Assembly (NCBI GenBank): GCA_040752415.1
Contig: JBFMGU010000116.1
Location: 1 to 33,271, forward strand
DNA: 33,271 bases
Direction of reading: 5' to 3'
Source: Myxococcota bacterium
GTDB taxonomy: Bacteria; Myxococcota; JACRCW01
Under the pieces are notes generated by a model, which was given only the letters and a program-made list of their open reading frames with translations, searched no databases and was not told the DNA's origin. The translations under genes and the position numbers were made by a program. Below are positions 28,554 to 33,271 of the stretch, piece after piece. Each line of letters starts with the position of its first letter. Within the stretch, counting starts at the first letter, position 1.

Positions 28554-30302
28554 ATGCCTGCGCTCAGCCTGCTCACGCTCCTGCCGCTTGCCGCGGCCGT
28601 CCTCCAACCCGCGCTCACCACCACCGCCGAGCAGACCGGGTTCCTCCGCACCGGCCGCTACGACGAGACCGTGCAGCTCTGCCACGCGTTCCAGAAGGCG
28701 CACCCGTCGTCGGTGCGGTGCATCACGTTTGGCACCACCCCGGAGGGTCGTCCCATGGTGGCGCTGGTGGCCAGTGGCGACGGAACGCTGGATGCCGCGG
28801 CCAACCGCAGGAAGGGTCGACCGGTGATCCTGTTCCAGGGTGGCATCCACGCCGGCGAGATCGACGGGAAGGACGCAGGCTTCATGCTGATGCGCGACGT
28901 GCTCGCCGGGAAGGCCGCGCCGGGCGTGCTGCAGAAGGCCACGCTGGTGTTCGTGCCGGTGTTCAACGTCGACGGGCATGAGCGTTTTGGCGCGCACAAC
29001 CGGCCCAACCAGGTGGGCCCGGCGGAGATGGGCTGGCGGACCACGTCGCACAACCTCAACCTGAACCGCGATTACGCCAAGGCCGAGGCGCCCGAGATGG
29101 CGGCCATGCTGCGCCTGCTGGAGGCGTGGGATCCCATCCTGTACCTGGACCTGCACGTCACCGACGGCGCCAAGTTCCAGCACGACGTGGCGGTGATGCT
29201 CGCGCCGCGCCTCACTGGTCCGGAGCCGCTGCGCAAGCTGGGCGACGAGATCAGCAACGCCGTGCTCAAGAAGCTCACCGCGCGCAAGCACCTGCCACTG
29301 GATTTCTATCCCGCCTTCGAAAAGGACGACGACCCGACGAGCGGATTTGCCGTGGGCGTTCCCCCGCCGCGTTTCCAGACGGTGTACTGGGCCATGCGCA
29401 ACCGCTTTGCCGTCCTCGTCGAGACGCATTCCTGGAAGGACTACGCCGCGCGCGTGCGCGCCACGTATGACACCGTGCTCTCTTTCCTGGAGCTGGCGGT
29501 GGACGGCGCGGCGAGCTGGCAGAAGACCGCGCTTTCCGTCGACACCGCGGACCTGAAGCTGCCCGGCACCGCGGTGCCGCTCGCCTTCAAGAACACCGCC
29601 AAGCAGCAGACGTTCCCGTTCCAGGGCTACAAGTACGTGCGCGAGCCGTCCGCCATCTCCGGCGCCATGCGCATCACCTACGACGAGACGAAGCCCGAAG
29701 TGTGGAACGTGCCGTACTGGCCGGAGGTGGAGCCCGCCCTGACGGTGCAGGCGCCGAGTGGCTACGTGGTGCCGCCGGGCCATGCCGCATGGATGGGTGA
29801 GAAGCTTCGGCTGCACGGTTTCAAGTTCGACGTCGTGAAGAACCCGCGTGTCGTCGACGTGGAGGTGTTCCGCGTCGCAGAGCAGAAGTTCGGGACACAG
29901 CCGTATGAGGGACGGATGACGGTGCAGGCCAGGGGCGCGTGGTCGTCGGAGAAGCGCGAGATACCCGCCGGGTCCCTCTACGTGCCCACCGGTCAGCGCG
30001 GCGGTGCGTTGCTGGTGCACCTGATGGAGCCCGGCGCGCCGGACTCGTTCTTCTCGTGGGGCTTCTTCAACGGCTGCATGGAGCAGAAGGAGTACATGGA
30101 GGCGTACGTCGCCGAGGACGTGGCGCGTGAGATGCTGGCCAGGGATCCCAAGCTCAAGGCGGAGTTCGAGCGGAAGCTGGAAACGGAGCCAGAGTTCGCC
30201 AAGGACCCCGCGGCGAGGCTGCGCTTCTTCTACCAGCGGCACCCGTCGTGGGACGTGCGCCTGGGCGTGTATCCCATCTACCGCGTGAGCACGGCGCCGT
30301 GA
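28554..30302 (+). CDS. Secreted M14 family zinc metallocarboxypeptidase
   Basis: Signal peptide; GIHAGEIDG (HxxE), NVDGHE, NLNLNRDY, DLHVTDG, LVETHSWK. Confidence 0.92.
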   Translation: MPALSLLTLLPLAAAVLQPALTTTAEQTGFLRTGRYDETVQLCHAFQKAHPSSVRCITFGTTPEGRPMVALVASGDGTLDAAANRRKGRPVILFQGGIHAGEIDGKDAGFMLMRDVLAGKAAPGVLQKATLVFVPVFNVDGHERFGAHNRPNQVGPAEMGWRTTSHNLNLNRDYAKAEAPEMAAMLRLLEAWDPILYLDLHVTDGAKFQHDVAVMLAPRLTGPEPLRKLGDEISNAVLKKLTARKHLPLDFYPAFEKDDDPTSGFAVGVPPPRFQTVYWAMRNRFAVLVETHSWKDYAARVRATYDTVLSFLELAVDGAASWQKTALSVDTADLKLPGTAVPLAFKNTAKQQTFPFQGYKYVREPSAISGAMRITYDETKPEVWNVPYWPEVEPALTVQAPSGYVVPPGHAAWMGEKLRLHGFKFDVVKNPRVVDVEVFRVAEQKFGTQPYEGRMTVQARGAWSSEKREIPAGSLYVPTGQRGGALLVHLMEPGAPDSFFSWGFFNGCMEQKEYMEAYVAEDVAREMLARDPKLKAEFERKLETEPEFAKDPAARLRFFYQRHPSWDVRLGVYPIYRVSTAP

Positions 30303-31207
30303 GCAGCGGGCAGCGTTGGCTCATCACGGGCGGGAGCGGCCTGTTGGGCTCCTGGTGTGTCCGCGCCGCGCGCGCCGCCGGTCACGACGTCACCGCGCAA
30401 CATCACACGCTGGCCGCGCTCCCGCTGGGACCGGAGATCACCTGGCGCGCGGTGGACCTCACCCGCAGCGACGACGTCACACGCCTGGTGCAGCAGACGT
30501 CTCCCGCCGTGGTCATCCACACCGCCGCCATGGCGCAGCCGCGCGACTGCGAGCTGGATCCGGAGCGGGCCCACGTCGTCAACGTGCGCGCTGCCGCGGA
30601 GCTGGCCAGCGCCACGCACGCGTGTGGCGGGAGGTTCATCCACCTGTCCTCGGACCTGGTGTTCGCGGGGGACCAGGCGCCGTACGACGAGAACGACCCA
30701 CGCACGCCCATCCACGTCTACGGTCGCACCAAGGCGCAGAGCGAGGACGAGGTGGCGGCGCGGTGTCCCAACAACGTCGTCGTGCGCACGTCGCTGCAGG
30801 TGGGGCCCAGCCCGCGTGGGAACCGCGGCATCGAGGAGGTCCTGGCCACCGCGGTGAAGCGAGGCGAAAGGCCCCAGCTGTTCACCGACGAGTTCCGGCA
30901 GCCCATGGCGTCGGAGGACCTGGCCGCCATCCTGGTGTGGCTGGGCGGGCAGCGGTACGCGGGGGTGCTGCACGTGGCTGGTCCGGAGCGGCTGAGCCGG
31001 CACGCCATTGGCGTGAAGGTGGCGGAGGCGTTCGGATTTCCGTCGTCACAGCTGGATGCGGTTCCGCTCAGCTCCGCGCCCCAGGCCTTCCCGCACCGCG
31101 CTCCCGACGTGACCCTGCGTCTGGACCGCCTGCGCGCGCTGGGACCGCCCCTGTGGCCGCGTCGCCTTTCGGACGTCCTCGCCACGCACCCGCTGGCAAA
31201 GCGTTGA
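30299..31207 (+). CDS. Extended SDR, RmlD/dTDP-4-dehydrorhamnose reductase-like
   Basis: LITGGSGLLG, IHTAA, HLSSDLVF.G, YGRTK (YxxxK), LFTDEFR.P; GTGA overlap with the M14 gene. Confidence 0.85.
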   Translation: MSSGQRWLITGGSGLLGSWCVRAARAAGHDVTAQHHTLAALPLGPEITWRAVDLTRSDDVTRLVQQTSPAVVIHTAAMAQPRDCELDPERAHVVNVRAAAELASATHACGGRFIHLSSDLVFAGDQAPYDENDPRTPIHVYGRTKAQSEDEVAARCPNNVVVRTSLQVGPSPRGNRGIEEVLATAVKRGERPQLFTDEFRQPMASEDLAAILVWLGGQRYAGVLHVAGPERLSRHAIGVKVAEAFGFPSSQLDAVPLSSAPQAFPHRAPDVTLRLDRLRALGPPLWPRRLSDVLATHPLAKR

Positions 31208-31262
31208 CGACCCAAGGGCGCCGTGCCAGCGTGCCCCGCCTTCCGCAGCAAGGAGTTGTGAC

Positions 31263-31406
31263 ATGACCTCCCCCAACAACGAGCACAAGGACGACAACTG
31301 GACCGCGCCGAAGCTGGTCTTCCTGGCCATTGCCACCCTCGCCGTGGCCTTCACGGTCATCCACATCATCTCGGACATGGGCCTGCGCGCCGCGGGCATC
31401 AAGTAA
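31263..31406 (+). CDS. 47-aa single-pass membrane microprotein
   Basis: AAGGAG SD; MTSPNNEHKDDNWTAPKLVFLAIATLAVAFTVIHIISDMGLRAAGIK*; nearly all codons end in G/C; not in the ORF track. Confidence 0.75.
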   Translation: MTSPNNEHKDDNWTAPKLVFLAIATLAVAFTVIHIISDMGLRAAGIK

Positions 31407-31446
31407 TTCCTCGTCGTCACGCGGCTTGCTGACCTCCGGAGGCGCC

Positions 31447-32706
31447 GTGGCCGGTCGCCCTCGCCTGTGCGTTGTCGCCCTGCTGGCGCTCACGCTCACA
31501 CCGGCCTGCTTCCCGGAATACCTGCGTTGTGCCGCCAACGCGGACTGCCCAGAGCCTGAATACGCCTGCGGTGATGAGGGACTGTGCGTCCGCGCCACGG
31601 ACAGCATGTCCTCGTCGTCAAGCGGCGTGAGCGTGGGCAGCTCCTCGTCCTCCTCCAGCTCCAGCAGCGCATCCTCCAGCGGCTCCAGCAGCGGGCAGTC
31701 GTCGTCGTCCACGGGGAGCACCAGCGCTTCCACGGGCAGCACCAGCGGCTCCTCGACGTCGTCCTCGGGCGCGAGCACCTCGGGCGGCTGGCAGCTCACC
31801 GCGGCGCTGGACAACGCCATCACCGCGCTGGCCGTGTCCCCCACGACGCCTGACACCGTCTACGCCGGCGTGCCCGGCTACGGGGTGTTCCGCTCCACCA
31901 ACGCCGGCGACAGCTGGACGGAATACAACGACGGGCTCATGACGGACGACGACAACGTGGTCTCCTTGGCGGCCTCGGAGGACCGGCTGTTCGTGTCCAC
32001 CACGCAGCGCATGTACCGGCGCACCCTCACCACGCCCTGGACCACCACCGGCCCCACCAGCATGCAGACCGGTGATCGCGTGGTGCTCGCAGCGGACCCG
32101 CAGAACGCCGACCTGGTCTACGCCGGGAGCGACAGGGGCAAGGTGTGGCGCTCCGACTCCGGCGCATCGTCGTGGACGGTGGCCACCGCCGGGCTCCTCG
32201 AGCTGACGCGAGTCAACTGCATTGCCGTGGGCGGGTCGAACCGCGTGTACGTGGGCGGCAATGGCGTCTTCCGCAGCGCCAGCGCGGGGGAGACGTGGCA
32301 GGACATGGAGCTGGGCCTCACCGACGTGAAGGCGCTGGCGGAAGACTCCGCGTTCCTTGGCGGGGCGCTCTACATCGTCGACGCTACCGGTGTGTACGTC
32401 TACGAGAACTTCCTTCTCACGCCGCTTGGCAACGTGCCGAGCGCATCCACGGTGGCGTTGGGACAGACCGTGAACGGCGCGCGGGTCTACGTGGGCGCCA
32501 ATGACGGAACGAATGTGCTGGTCTACACCACCACCCACGACGAGCTGCTGGGCCAGCAGACCCCATGGACTCCCACCCAGGTCCGCGGCAACGCGGGGTC
32601 CTCGTTCATCTGGGCGCTCGCGGTGGCGCCGGGGGACACCCGACGCGTCTACGCCGCGCTCAACTCCGGACTGAACGTGTATCGGACCTTCACGGGTGGA
32701 CAGTGA
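31447..32706 (+). CDS. Lipoprotein with Ser-rich linker and BNR/Asp-box beta-propeller
   Basis: GGAGG SD and GTG 31447; lipobox LTPAC; small Cys-rich module; poly-Ser; RSTNAGDSW, RSDSGASSW, RSASAGETW, RTFTGG repeats. Confidence 0.8.
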   Translation: MAGRPRLCVVALLALTLTPACFPEYLRCAANADCPEPEYACGDEGLCVRATDSMSSSSSGVSVGSSSSSSSSSSASSSGSSSGQSSSSTGSTSASTGSTSGSSTSSSGASTSGGWQLTAALDNAITALAVSPTTPDTVYAGVPGYGVFRSTNAGDSWTEYNDGLMTDDDNVVSLAASEDRLFVSTTQRMYRRTLTTPWTTTGPTSMQTGDRVVLAADPQNADLVYAGSDRGKVWRSDSGASSWTVATAGLLELTRVNCIAVGGSNRVYVGGNGVFRSASAGETWQDMELGLTDVKALAEDSAFLGGALYIVDATGVYVYENFLLTPLGNVPSASTVALGQTVNGARVYVGANDGTNVLVYTTTHDELLGQQTPWTPTQVRGNAGSSFIWALAVAPGDTRRVYAALNSGLNVYRTFTGGQ

Positions 32707-33271
32707 TTGCCGCGTGGCTGCTCGTGTCGTCGTTGTCGCTGGGTGCCACGCCGGGTCCGTCGCTGGCGGTGATGGGCATTGAGCCCAAGGGCGGCATCAC
32801 CGCCGACACCGCGGACCTGATTGCGGACGCCGTGGTGGCGGAGCTGCGGGCCAGCGGCACGTTCTCGCGCATTGCCACGTTGAAGGACCTGGAGACCGCG
32901 GTGGGGCTGGACCGACAGAAGCAGCTCATGGCGTGTGATTCCACGTCGTGCCTGGCGGAGATCGGCGGGGCGCTCAACGTGACCTATGTCATGGCGGGGA
33001 GTGTTGGCGCCGTCGGGGAGTCCATGGTGTTCACGCTGCGCGTGGTGGCCGCCGCCACCGGCAACGCGGCAGCGTCGGTGACGGAGCGCGTTCGGTCCCG
33101 GTCGCCGGACGTCCTGCTGGACCGCGTCAAGCCCATGATCAGCGAGCTGGAAGCGCAGCTGCGGGGTGCGGCGCCCACCGGGCTGCGGGAGAGCGCGCCG
33201 ACGTCGAGTGAGGACTCCGGTGGCCCCGGTCTGCTGCCGCTCGCGGGCGTGGGTGGCGTCGGGGCGGTGGG
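32703..33271 (+). CDS. Exported protein with TolB-N/CsgG-like domain (truncated by window end)
   Basis: GTGA overlap; reads MIAAWLLVSSLSLGATPGPSLAVMGIE...QKQLMACDSTSCLAEIGGALNVTYVMAGSVG with no stop before the window end. Confidence 0.7.
   Translation, partial: MIAAWLLVSSLSLGATPGPSLAVMGIEPKGGITADTADLIADAVVAELRASGTFSRIATLKDLETAVGLDRQKQLMACDSTSCLAEIGGALNVTYVMAGSVGAVGESMVFTLRVVAAATGNAAASVTERVRSRSPDVLLDRVKPMISELEAQLRGAAPTGLRESAPTSSEDSGGPGLLPLAGVGGVGAV

Noticed and set aside
26508..30242. 1244-aa ORF suggesting a giant N-terminally extended NadE
   Set aside because: The first ~610 codons are the stop-free antisense shadow of the M14 peptidase gene; NadE homology begins at ATG 28409.

Overview
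A high-GC bacterial chromosome window. Its content (Ser/Thr kinase, sigma54-type promoters, many Cys- and Ser-rich lipoproteins) suggests a myxobacterium or other Myxococcota member; this is inference. It begins with rplU-rpmA-obgE, followed by about 25 mixed genes: a giant secreted amidohydrolase, an FAD oxidoreductase, VOC protein, S1/P1-type nuclease, enoyl-CoA hydratase, a three-repeat lipoprotein, a Ser/Thr kinase, an extensin/M15-like lipoprotein, a plsX plus App1-like phosphatase pair, a YbgC-type thioesterase, ggt, an EEP nuclease, a DASS permease, PilZ, nadE, an M14 peptidase, an RmlD-like SDR and a BNR-repeat lipoprotein. No transposase, integrase, CRISPR array, tRNA or rRNA was seen. 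The most interesting signals are non-coding. (1) An IHF-like site and a near-consensus sigma54 promoter directly precede a ~65-nt single hairpin with a C8 loop and T7 tail (19003-19133), a candidate sRNA reminiscent of Myxococcus Pxr. (2) A ~290-bp intergenic region (14968-15254) folds almost entirely into a rod with a perfect 38-bp inverted repeat and a three-hairpin apex. (3) A second, smaller rod lies at 19351-19525. (4) A palindrome/IHF/sigma54 promoter layout recurs. All calls come from reading the sequence and motifs by eye; no database searches were run.
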